DNA from: an uncultured Acidimicrobiaceae bacterium
GTDB lineage: Bacteria; Actinomycetota; Acidimicrobiia; Acidimicrobiales; RAAP-2
Length of the DNA: 64,000 bases
Reading direction: 5' to 3'
NCBI GenBank assembly: GCA_963726855.1
Contig: CAVSEB010000014.1
Coordinates: 2,668-66,667 of the forward strand
The translations under genes and the position numbers were made by a program. A model generated the notes under the pieces. The model had not been told where the DNA came from, did no database searches, and saw only the letters and a program-made list of their open reading frames with translations. Positions 8,866 through 17,314 of the stretch are shown here, one piece after another (the first letter of the stretch is position 1; each line of letters begins with the position of its first letter).

Positions 8866-10410
8866 CAGGCCTTCCGCCGTGGGAACAGCGGATCGCCCTT
8901 GACCACCGCCACTCCACCGGGGTAGCCGCCCCAGGCTGCCCCGAGGGGCAGCCGGACCGAGGCCGGGTCACCCGGGACGCCGATCCGGCGCCAAATCTCG
9001 GCTGCCGTCGATGGCATCGCGGGCCAGCAGAGGACGGCGACGATGCGCAGCACTTCGAGGGCGTCCCCCAGTACAGCATCGACTGCCGGCCCCGGTTCCA
9101 TCTTCCAGGGTTCGGCTGCCTCCAGGCGCGCGTTGGTCGCGCCGATCAGGCGCCAGGTCTCCTCGAGCGCCTCGTGGGGCGCCCAGCGCTCCCAGGCGGC
9201 CGTCACCGCGTCGAGGACCCGGGTCGCCTCGGTCGCCAGTTCGCTCGCCGGCGTCCGGAGCCGGGCCGATGCCGCCGCACTTCGAGTGGACGACGGTGGT
9301 GACCCGCGAGACCAGGTTGCCAAGGTTGTTGGCCAGGTCCGAGTTGTAACGGGCGACGATGCCTTCGTACGAGAAGTCCCCGTCCCCGCCGAGCGGGACC
9401 TCGCGCAGGAGGTGGTAGCGCAGCGGATCGACCCCGAAGTCGTCGGCCAGGGCGAGCGGCGAGACGTCGGTGATGTTGAGGGGCGCTCCGTCACCGGCCT
9501 GTCCGGCCGCGATCATCGTCTTGCCGAGTTTCTGCCCTCCCATCAGCAGGTATCCGTGCACGAAGATTTCGGCCGGCGGTTCGATGCCGGCTGCCATGCA
9601 CATGGCCGGCCACCAGACGCAGTGGAATTTCAAAATGTCCTTGGCCAGCAGGTGGTGGGCCGCACCCCAGCGTGCTGCGAAGGCCGCCTCGTCCGTGCCG
9701 TATCCGGCCACCGTGAGGTAGTTGATCAGCGCGTCGTACCAGACGTAGAACACATGACCGCTGTCCCACGGGACCGGCACGCCCCACGAGAACGAGGTCC
9801 GGGTGATGGAGACGTCGAGCAGGCCACCGCGGATGAAGCCGAGCGCCTCGTTCCGCTTGGACACGGGACGCACGAAGTCGGGGTGACTGTCGTAGTAGTC
9901 GAGCAGGCGCTGCTCGAACGCACTGAGCTTGAAGAAGTAGTTGTCCTCCTGCATCTCGACGACAGGCCGGCCGTGCAACGGGCACTTGCCGTCCACTAAC
10001 TGGTCTTCGGTGTAGTAGTCCTCGCAGGAGATGCAGTAGAGGCCCGAGTAAGGCGCCAGCTCAATGAAGCCATTGTCGTAAATGCGCTGCAGGAACTGCT
10101 GGACCACCGCATAGTGCCGGGGTTCTGTCGTGCGAATGAAGTCGTCATAGTCGATGTCAAGCCGACGCCACGCCTCCACGAAGCGGGCCGACGTCTTGTC
10201 GGTCCACACCTTGGGGGTCACACCATTGGCCTCGGCGGCCTCGACGATCTTGGCGCCGTGCTCGTCGGTGCCCGTCATGAACCAGACGTCGTCGCCCAGC
10301 AGGCGGTGCCACCGGGCCAGGGCATCAGCGTTCACCGTGGTGTAGGCCGTGCCCACGTGCGGAGCGTCGTTGACGTAGTAGATCGGCGTGGTCAGGTAGT
10401 AGGCGGGCAC
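8865..10410 (-). CDS. metG: methionine--tRNA ligase, frame-broken as sequenced
   Basis: VPAYYLTTPIYYVNDAPHVGTAYT...KFHCVWWPAM...GQKLGKT (KMSKS-like). The C-terminal part (ASELATEATRVLDAVTAAWE...) lies in ORF 8865..9494. Break near 9245-9262. The span is 1546 nt, not a multiple of 3. Confidence 0.9.
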
Positions 10411-11316
10411 CGTCGGTAGCGTACCGGTGCCCTCAGTCGCTTCCGGACTCCGTCTCGCGCCGCTGCGCAGGCGCAGCGCAGCCTCGTAGGCCCGGCGGCG
10501 GGCCACCCCGAGCGACGCCGCCACGCGGTCAGCCACCTGACGTGGTCCGGCCGATGGATCGTCGGCCCAGACGGCGCGCACCGCCACCTCGAGGGCGTCG
10601 TCGTCGGCCGGGTCCGGAGCCGGGCCGCCGCCGACCACGAGCACGACCTCCCCGCGCACCTCGCGCTCGCCGAACTCCGTGGCGGCCGCGGCCAAAGTGC
10701 CCCGCCACACCTCTTCGTGCAGCTTCGTCATCTCACGCGCCACCGCGACCGGACGGCCCGGGTCCAAGGCGGCAAGCTCGTCGAGCGTGGCGGCCAGTCG
10801 CCCCGGTGCCTCGAGCACGACCGACGTGCGCTCGTCCGCCAGGAGGGCAGCCACCCGCCGCCGCCGGTCGGTGCCCTTGCGCGGGAGGAATCCCTCGACG
10901 ACGAAGCGGTCGGTCGGAAGGCCGCTGATCGTCAGGGCGGCCACGACGGACGAGGGTCCGGGCACAGTCGTCACCACCTCCCCCTGGGCGACCAGACGGG
11001 CCGCCACCAGTGCACCGGGGTCCGAAATGCCGGGCGTCCCGGCGTCGCTGACCAACGCCACCGTGGCACCGCCGGCCACGGCTGCGGCAATCCGGTCCGC
11101 TCCGGCGGCTTCGTTGTGGCGGTGCAGCGAGACGAGCCGGTCGCCGGCGCCGATACCGAGCGCGGAGAGCAGGGCTCGGGTCCGTCGGGTGTCCTCGCAG
11201 AAGATAAGGGTGGCCTCGGCCAGGATCTGGCGAGCCCGTGGGGCCAGATCGCCCAGGTTGCCGATGGGCGTGGCCACCAGCACCAGGCGACCAGGTCCGA
11301 CCCCGGCCGGGCTCAA
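10411..11316 (-). CDS. rsmI: 16S rRNA (cytidine1402-2'-O)-methyltransferase; no in-frame stop before metG
   Basis: TTG start inside a TTGA overlap with the DUF192 stop. Motifs LVLVATPIGNLGDL, SDAGTPGISDPG, REMTKLHEE. The reading frame runs straight into metG, inside the 902-aa ORF 8968..11676. Confidence 0.8.
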
Positions 11317-11676
11317 GACGAGCCGTTCGACGAGCCCGGCCGCGCCTCGCGGATCTCGAGCTGGTCGCCCACCCCAACGCCCCAGCGCTCGAGGGAGCCC
11401 GAGCCCAGGGCCACCGCGGCTCTGCGTGCCTCGCCCGCCGAGGGCGAGCCGCCACGGCTTGAGGTGGGCGACCCGGAGCACCGTGAGATCGCCGGAGAGG
11501 AAGGCCACGTCGATCGGGAATTTCATGCCGGCGGTGTGCAGGCTCCGGACCCCGTCGATGTGCAGGGCGCCGTCACAGCCAGTCCGTTCTCTCAGGATCC
11601 GCCGTTCGGCAGGCGTCTCCGCCATCTCGAGCGCGCAGACCACATCGCCGTCCCGCAGCAGCCAACCGGACCGCAT
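11313..11676 (-). CDS. DUF192-family protein, frame-broken as sequenced
   Basis: MRSGWLLRDGDVVCALEMAETPAERR..GMKFPIDVAFLSGD..LKPWRL. The C-terminus ARRAAVALGSGSLERWGVGVGDQLEIRE is in another frame and ends at TGA 11313-11315. Break near 11431-11450. Confidence 0.7.
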
Positions 11677-11729
11677 CGCCGCTGAGGCTACCGGACGCCC
11701 TGTCGCACTCCGTCTAACATGTCTCCCCC

Positions 11730-11813
11730 ATGTCGAAGCGAACGGTCAAGCGCAAGCTCAGGACGAAGAAGAAGGCCAACCACGGCAAGAAGCCGAATTG
11801 CGGCCGCGGCTGA
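11730..11813 (+). CDS. 50S ribosomal protein bL37 (actinobacterial 27-aa basic protein)
   Basis: Encodes MSKRTVKRKLRTKKKANHGKKPNCGRG. It resembles mycobacterial bL37 (MSKRGRKR..RKK.ANHGKRPN). Below the ORF-track size cutoff. Confidence 0.75.
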   Translation: MSKRTVKRKLRTKKKANHGKKPNCGRG

Positions 11814-11825
11814 CGCAGGGTCCCC

Positions 11826-12695
11826 TCACGGCCTGAGCGAACCGTCCCAGGCTGCTCCGGCCTCGTCCAACAGCGAACAAAGCGTGGTGGGCACGTCCGA
11901 GATGATCCCGTCCACCCCCAGGCCGAGCAGGCGCTCCATCGATTCGGTGTCGTTCACCGTCCATACGTGGACGGCCTTCCCTGCCGCGTGCGCCGCGGCC
12001 ACGAAGCGCTCGTCCACCACGACCAGGTCGCCCTGGCGCTCGGGCACCTGGTAGGCCACGGCCGGGATCTCGGGCATCGGCTCCCCCGTCTGGACGGACC
12101 GCCAGGCCTCGGCCGTGGCCACCGTTCCGCCTGAGGTCGGGACCTGCGGGGCGAACCGCCGGAAGGTTTCGGTGGCGGAGTCGAGAAACGAGGCCACGAT
12201 GACGTCGTCGGTCCGCCCGAATTCAGCGAGGAGTTTGGCCAGCGACTCCTCGTAGGGGGTCACCATTGGTGCCGTCTGCTTGATGTCGAGGTTGAGCACG
12301 ACGCCGGGGAACTCCTCGAGCACCTCGCGCAGCGTGGCGATGCCGTAGGAGCGATCGGCCGGTGCCCGTCCCCGGAAGGGGTAGTCGGCGGCCGGCCGGC
12401 CCGGCGTCACGTCGGCACCCGGGATCCACCAGTACGAGAAGTCCATGGATCGCAGCTGCTCGAGCGTGAAGGAAGCGATGGTCCCCGATTGCGACGTGGT
12501 GCGGTCCACCGTGCCGTCGTGGCAGACCACCAGCTCGCCGTCGGCGGTGGCATGGACGTCGAGCTCGATCCCCGTGGCCCCCGCCTCGAGGGCCCCCCGG
12601 ATGGCGTGGAGCGTCGATGAGGGCGACTCCCAGGCGCCGCCCTGGTGCGCATAGGCGATCACCCGCCGCTCCAGCCAGGCCAACCCCGTTCCCAT
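11826..12695 (-). CDS. glycerophosphodiester phosphodiesterase
   Basis: AYAHQGGAWESPSSTLHAIRGALEAGATGIELDVHATADGELVVCHDGTVDRTT is a GDPD signature. Confidence 0.85.
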   Translation of the reverse strand: MGTGLAWLERRVIAYAHQGGAWESPSSTLHAIRGALEAGATGIELDVHATADGELVVCHDGTVDRTTSQSGTIASFTLEQLRSMDFSYWWIPGADVTPGRPAADYPFRGRAPADRSYGIATLREVLEEFPGVVLNLDIKQTAPMVTPYEESLAKLLAEFGRTDDVIVASFLDSATETFRRFAPQVPTSGGTVATAEAWRSVQTGEPMPEIPAVAYQVPERQGDLVVVDERFVAAAHAAGKAVHVWTVNDTESMERLLGLGVDGIISDVPTTLCSLLDEAGAAWDGSLRP

Positions 12696-12782
12696 CTCAT
12701 CGACGGTAACAGCCGGGGCCGGCGCACCGTCTGGCTGGGGCCGAGGTTAAGGCGGTCTCCCGCACGCCTATCCTCGCGGTGC

Positions 12783-13412
12783 GTGCTGGACCATCTCCTC
12801 GTCGACGTCATCGGCACCATCCGGGCTTCCTTCGACCGGGCGCTTCTCCAGCGCCAGGCCGTCGAAGAGCGCTTCCAGGTCGACGTGTTCTTGGGTGATG
12901 TCTCGTGGGAGACCTCCTACAGCCTTCCCGGGGAAGAGCAGCCGCCCCGGGTGCGCGCCGACGTCTCGGTCGATTGGCCCACCTGGAGCCAGACCTCGTA
13001 TCGGAGTTGGTCCATCGGTGAGCCGCCGGACGAGCCACCCGAAGTGGTCATTGAGGTGGCGCTGCGCGTGCAGCGCATGGCCGAGGCGCCGGATACGGAG
13101 AAGGTCCTGGCCGTGCTTCCTTCCTTCGGACCCCTGTCCGAGCCGATGGACCTTGCCCGCACGGCGACCACGATCGAACAGGTCCATGCCGACGACGCCG
13201 CGGGACTCAACCCCGACGGAGCGACTGCGGGCGGCCTGCGCTGGGCGGTCGAGGCGACCTACGAAGGCTCCATCCGTTTCAGCGAGCAGAACCTCGAGGA
13301 TCCGCCAACGATCGCGCCGATTTTCGACGGGCTCACGCGGTGGATCGCTTCCACCCTCATCTCCCTGGCTGATCTTCCCTTCAGCTTCCTGCCACCCGGC
13401 GAGGAGGACTGA
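12783..13412 (+). CDS. hypothetical acidic protein
   Basis: Taken from the in-frame GTG at 12783 (VLDHLLVDVIG...) within ORF 12645..13412. Amino-acid composition looks protein-like. The opposite-strand ORF 12768..13748 is Arg/Pro/Gly-rich and looks like a shadow ORF. Confidence 0.55.
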   Translation: MLDHLLVDVIGTIRASFDRALLQRQAVEERFQVDVFLGDVSWETSYSLPGEEQPPRVRADVSVDWPTWSQTSYRSWSIGEPPDEPPEVVIEVALRVQRMAEAPDTEKVLAVLPSFGPLSEPMDLARTATTIEQVHADDAAGLNPDGATAGGLRWAVEATYEGSIRFSEQNLEDPPTIAPIFDGLTRWIASTLISLADLPFSFLPPGEED

Positions 13413-13492
13413 CGCCCGCAGGGTCCACGAGGGGGCAGGGCGTGCCCTGACTGGTAATCGGGGTCTGGCGCCCACTAGGGATTGAGGTGCAC

Positions 13493-14254
13493 ATGGATCC
13501 CTCCCCACGCCGTCGGACGTACCTGCTCGCCACCGTGCTCGCCCTCGGGGCGAGTCTGCTCGCCGCGTGCGGTGGCCCGGCCGCGCCGGCCCAACCGCCA
13601 CCGAACCAAGGTCTGGTCCTCCAGCGGCCGACGCCCCAGCACGTGCAGCTGACCAACCAGGAAGGTCAGGCGGTCTCCCTCGCCTCGTTGCGCGGCAAGG
13701 TCGTCGTCCTGGCGCCGTTCCTCTCACTCTGTCAGGACGAGTGTCCACTCGTGACCGGAGCCTTCATCGCCCTCCAGCGTGATGTGCGCGCGGCCGGAAT
13801 GGGCAACAAGGTGGTCTTCCTCGAGACGACGGTGGATCCCGGGCGCGACACCGCGGCCCGCCTGGCGGCCTACGAGAAGGAGTTCGGGGCCGACTGGGAT
13901 CTCTGGACCGGCACACCAACCGCCATCGCGGCCTTCTGGAAGCCCTTCGGCGTCTCGTACCAGATGGTGGCCGAGGAACAACCGCCCAAGATCGACTGGT
14001 ACACGGGTCAGCCGTTGACCTACGACGTCGACCACACCGACGGCTACATCCTCATCGACCCGGCCGGGCATGAGCGCTTCGTCGACGTGAGCGCACCGGA
14101 CATGTCGGGACAGCTCAACCAGAAGCTGACCTCGCTCCTCAACTCCGGCGGCGTGTACAACTTGCAGCACCCACAGGGCCCGGATTGGACCGTCGCCAAC
14201 GCCCTGACATCGATCAGCTGGCTCCTCGGGACAACCATCCACGCCACCGCGTGA
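13493..14254 (+). CDS. SCO1/SenC-family thioredoxin-fold lipoprotein
   Basis: Lipobox LLAAC. CxxxC motif CQDECP. The downstream pattern ...ETTVDPGRDT...HTDGYILIDP is typical of SCO1/SenC. Confidence 0.8.
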   Translation: MDPSPRRRTYLLATVLALGASLLAACGGPAAPAQPPPNQGLVLQRPTPQHVQLTNQEGQAVSLASLRGKVVVLAPFLSLCQDECPLVTGAFIALQRDVRAAGMGNKVVFLETTVDPGRDTAARLAAYEKEFGADWDLWTGTPTAIAAFWKPFGVSYQMVAEEQPPKIDWYTGQPLTYDVDHTDGYILIDPAGHERFVDVSAPDMSGQLNQKLTSLLNSGGVYNLQHPQGPDWTVANALTSISWLLGTTIHATA

Positions 14255-14787
14255 CCGGGGTGAATCTGCCGCGCCTCACCCGCATCCTTCCGGCCGCCCT
14301 CGTCGGATTGGCCCTCGTCTTCGCGGCGTGCAACAACCAGAACTCGACCACCCTGTCGGCGCCCCCGACCACAGACGTCTCCCTCACCCTGACGCTGCAG
14401 AAGTCGCCCGTCGGACCCATCCTGGCCACCGGTGGCGGAGACACGCTCTACGACTTCGCGCCCGACACACCGACCCACTCCGCCTGCCTGAACGATGGCT
14501 GCGTGTTCCAGTGGCCCCCGCTCATCAAGTCGGGTCCGATCAGGCTGGGCCGAGGATTGGACGCCGCATTGGTCAGCACGCTGCGCCGACCCGACGGGTC
14601 AACCCAGGTCTCCTACGGCGGGCATCCGCTCTACGCCTACAACCTCGACGTGGCTCCGGGCCTGGTCACGGGCCAGGCCATCGACCAGGACGGCGGGCTC
14701 TGGTACGTCATCAACGCGGACGGCAAGCAGATCACGACGTCGTTCGCCGTCACCAGCCCCAACCAGAACGGCAATCCCGCAGGCTGA
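14251..14787 (+). CDS. lipoprotein with secreted-repeat domains (COG4315-like)
   Basis: GTGA overlap with the upstream stop. Lipobox VFAAC. Repeats GDTLYDFAPD / GHPLYAYNLD...GLWYVINADG. Confidence 0.7.
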   Translation: MTGVNLPRLTRILPAALVGLALVFAACNNQNSTTLSAPPTTDVSLTLTLQKSPVGPILATGGGDTLYDFAPDTPTHSACLNDGCVFQWPPLIKSGPIRLGRGLDAALVSTLRRPDGSTQVSYGGHPLYAYNLDVAPGLVTGQAIDQDGGLWYVINADGKQITTSFAVTSPNQNGNPAG

Positions 14788-14808
14788 CGTCCTGGCCGGG
14801 CCGAGGAC

Positions 14809-14955
14809 CTAGAACATCAGGATCCTGCGAGGCCTGCGAAGGTTGGGAAGGCTCTCCCACTCGCCCAAGGTAGAGCGATCGAGGAATCGCAGGCTGATTG
14901 CCGCTTCTTCTGGGCTGGAATCGGGAAGTCCGGGAATGTTGATCGGCATGTTCAT
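14809..14955 (-). CDS. candidate 48-aa small protein
   Basis: GAAGGAG sits 6 nt upstream of the ATG. Encodes MNMPINIPGLPDSSPEEAAISLRFLDRSTLGEWESLPNLRRPRRILMF. It is the inner part of ORF 14809..15090. No family recognised. Confidence 0.4.
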   Translation of the reverse strand: MNMPINIPGLPDSSPEEAAISLRFLDRSTLGEWESLPNLRRPRRILMF

Positions 14956-15140
14956 CGCTCGCTCCTTCGTTCTCCTGCCACAACGACCTTCACCCTCAGG
15001 TTGCGCCTTGTTGCGGTGGAGGTCTGTCACGTGAGCGACAGCGGGAGTGTCACCGGGGCGACATTTCCGCGGAGCCACCACCTTCTTCACCCACCTTCGA
15101 CACCGGAGGGAGAGGGCATTTACCTTCGGTTTGTCCGTTT

Positions 15141-16226
15141 TTAGGTGTTGAAGCGGAACTCCACCACGTCCCCGTCGCGCATGACGTACTCCTTGCCTTC
15201 CATCCGGGCCTTGCCCACGTTGCGCGCCGCCATGACGGAGCCTGCAGCGACCAGGTCCTCGAAGCTGATCACCTCGGCCTTGATGAAGCCCCGCTCGAAG
15301 TCGGTGTGAATCACGCCTGCTGCTTTGGGCGCAGTGTCACCGACATGGATCGTCCAGGCTCGGGCCTCTTTGGGGCCTGCGGTGAGGAACGTCTGCAGGC
15401 CGAGCGTGGCGAAGCCCACGTGCACCAACTGCTCGAGACCCGATTCCTCTTGGCCGTAGCTGTCGAGCAGCTCCTTGGCGTCCTCGGGTTCGAGACCGGC
15501 TACCTCGGCTTCGATCTGGGCACAGAGCACGATGGCCGGAGCCGGCGCGACGCTGGCGGCCAACCCGGCCACCACCCCGGCGTCGCCCAGGGCTCCCTCC
15601 TCGATGTTGAACACGTAGATGAAGGGCTTGGCGGTGAGCAGGTGCAGGTCGCGCAGGAGCCCGCCGTCGACCTCCCCCGCGGCTGCGGCCGACGAGATGG
15701 TCCGGCCTTCGCCGAGGATGGCTTGGGCCCGCTCGACGGCTTCGAGGGTGGAGCGGAGCGCGGGTGTCGCCTTGGCTTCTTTGACCAGCTTGGGCGCACG
15801 GTTCTCGACTGTCTGCAAGTCGGCGAGGATCAGCTCGGTGTTGACCGTCTCGATATCACCCGCGGGATCGACTCGGGCGTCGACATGGACGACATCGTCA
15901 TCGTGGAACGCGCGTACGACTTGGCAGATGGCGTCCGTCTCGCGGATCGAGGCGAGGAACTGGTTGCCCAAACCTTCCCCCTGCGATGCGCCACGAACCA
16001 GACCGGCAATATCGACGAATGTCACCGTGGCCGGCACCACAGGGGCACTCTCGTACATCGCCGACAGAACTTGGAGGCGCGTATCGGGGACGGCTACGAC
16101 CCCCACGTTGGGATCGATCGTGGCAAAGGGGTAGTTGGCCGCGAGCGCATCGTTGTTGGTGAGCGCGTTGAACAGGGTCGACTTGCCCACGTTGGGCAGG
16201 CCGACGATGCCGATGGAGAGGCTCAC
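15141..16226 (-). CDS. ychF: redox-regulated ATPase YchF
   Basis: VSLSIGIVGLPNVGKSTLFNALT P-loop from the GTG at 16226. Ends with the TGS-like tail ...YVMRDGDVVEFRFNT. 361 aa, a typical YchF length. Confidence 0.9.
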   Translation of the reverse strand: MSLSIGIVGLPNVGKSTLFNALTNNDALAANYPFATIDPNVGVVAVPDTRLQVLSAMYESAPVVPATVTFVDIAGLVRGASQGEGLGNQFLASIRETDAICQVVRAFHDDDVVHVDARVDPAGDIETVNTELILADLQTVENRAPKLVKEAKATPALRSTLEAVERAQAILGEGRTISSAAAAGEVDGGLLRDLHLLTAKPFIYVFNIEEGALGDAGVVAGLAASVAPAPAIVLCAQIEAEVAGLEPEDAKELLDSYGQEESGLEQLVHVGFATLGLQTFLTAGPKEARAWTIHVGDTAPKAAGVIHTDFERGFIKAEVISFEDLVAAGSVMAARNVGKARMEGKEYVMRDGDVVEFRFNT

Positions 16227-17272
16227 GGCGCGGGCGAGGCCGGCAGCAGACCGGCGGCGGCGGCCAGCACCTTGAGGTCGGCTTCGGGACGGGCCCCGGT
16301 GTGCGAGATCACCTCTGCCGCGCACAGGGCGCCCAGCCGGGTGCTCTCGACGGGACCCATCCCATGCGTAAGGCCGAAGAGCATGCCGGCCGCGAAGAGA
16401 TCGCCGGCGCCCGTGGTGTCGAGCACGCGCTCGACAGGAGCGGCCGGCACCTCCTCTGGCCCCCGTGCCGTCAGAACGGTGGCGCCCTGCGCACCGCGTG
16501 TGATGACCACGAGGAGTCCAGTCTCCTCCGCGGCCTCGAGCGCCCCGCTGTAGGCGGACGCGCCGAAAAGCATGGTGATCTCTTCCTCGTTGCCGAGCAG
16601 GATGTCGACGTCATCGAGGAGCAACTCAAGGAATTCGCGCTGATGCCGCTCAACGCAGAACGGGTCGGACAGCGACAGTGCCACCGAGCCTTCCGACTCG
16701 TGGGCGGTTGCGGCGGCGTGGCGCATCGCCTCCTTGGCAGCCGGCACATCCCAGAGGTACCCCTCCAAGAGCACGACCGACGCCCGGGCGACCAGCGAGG
16801 TGGCGACCCCGGCGGGCGACAGGGTCGAGGCGGCGCCGAGATACGTGCCCATTGTGCGGTCGGCGTCGTCGGTGATGAGGACGACACAGCGACCCGTCCC
16901 GAGACCATCGCCGGCCGGAGACTCGCTGATGCTGGGCTCGAACTCGACGCCGGCCGCCCGCAGGTTGTCCGTGTACGTGCGTCCGACCTCGTCGTCTGCT
17001 ACCGCTCCGATGAAGCCGGCACGCCCGCCCAGCTCGGCGATCCCGGCTGCGGTGTTGGCCACCGATCCTCCGGAGACAAAGCGGGGTGCCGCCATGGAGG
17101 CCTGCACAGCATTGGCCTTCACCAGGTCGACGAGGGTCATCGAACCCTTCTCGAGGCCGACCAGCGCGAGCTGCGCCTCGGTCGCCATATCGATGACGTC
17201 GAGCAGGGGCGATCCGATGGCGACAACATCCAGATCGTGGGTGGCGTGGGGCGACGGAGCCTGTTCTTGCAC
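16223..17272 (-). CDS. PfkB-family carbohydrate/adenosine kinase
   Basis: GGSVANTA near the N-terminus and a DTTGAGDLFAAG anion-hole motif. GTGA coupling to ychF. Confidence 0.85.
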   Translation of the reverse strand: MQEQAPSPHATHDLDVVAIGSPLLDVIDMATEAQLALVGLEKGSMTLVDLVKANAVQASMAAPRFVSGGSVANTAAGIAELGGRAGFIGAVADDEVGRTYTDNLRAAGVEFEPSISESPAGDGLGTGRCVVLITDDADRTMGTYLGAASTLSPAGVATSLVARASVVLLEGYLWDVPAAKEAMRHAAATAHESEGSVALSLSDPFCVERHQREFLELLLDDVDILLGNEEEITMLFGASAYSGALEAAEETGLLVVITRGAQGATVLTARGPEEVPAAPVERVLDTTGAGDLFAAGMLFGLTHGMGPVESTRLGALCAAEVISHTGARPEADLKVLAAAAGLLPASPAP

Positions 17273-17314
17273 GATGCGAGAACCTACTCGCGGTGCCGCG
17301 GGTAGCCTGCCCGG

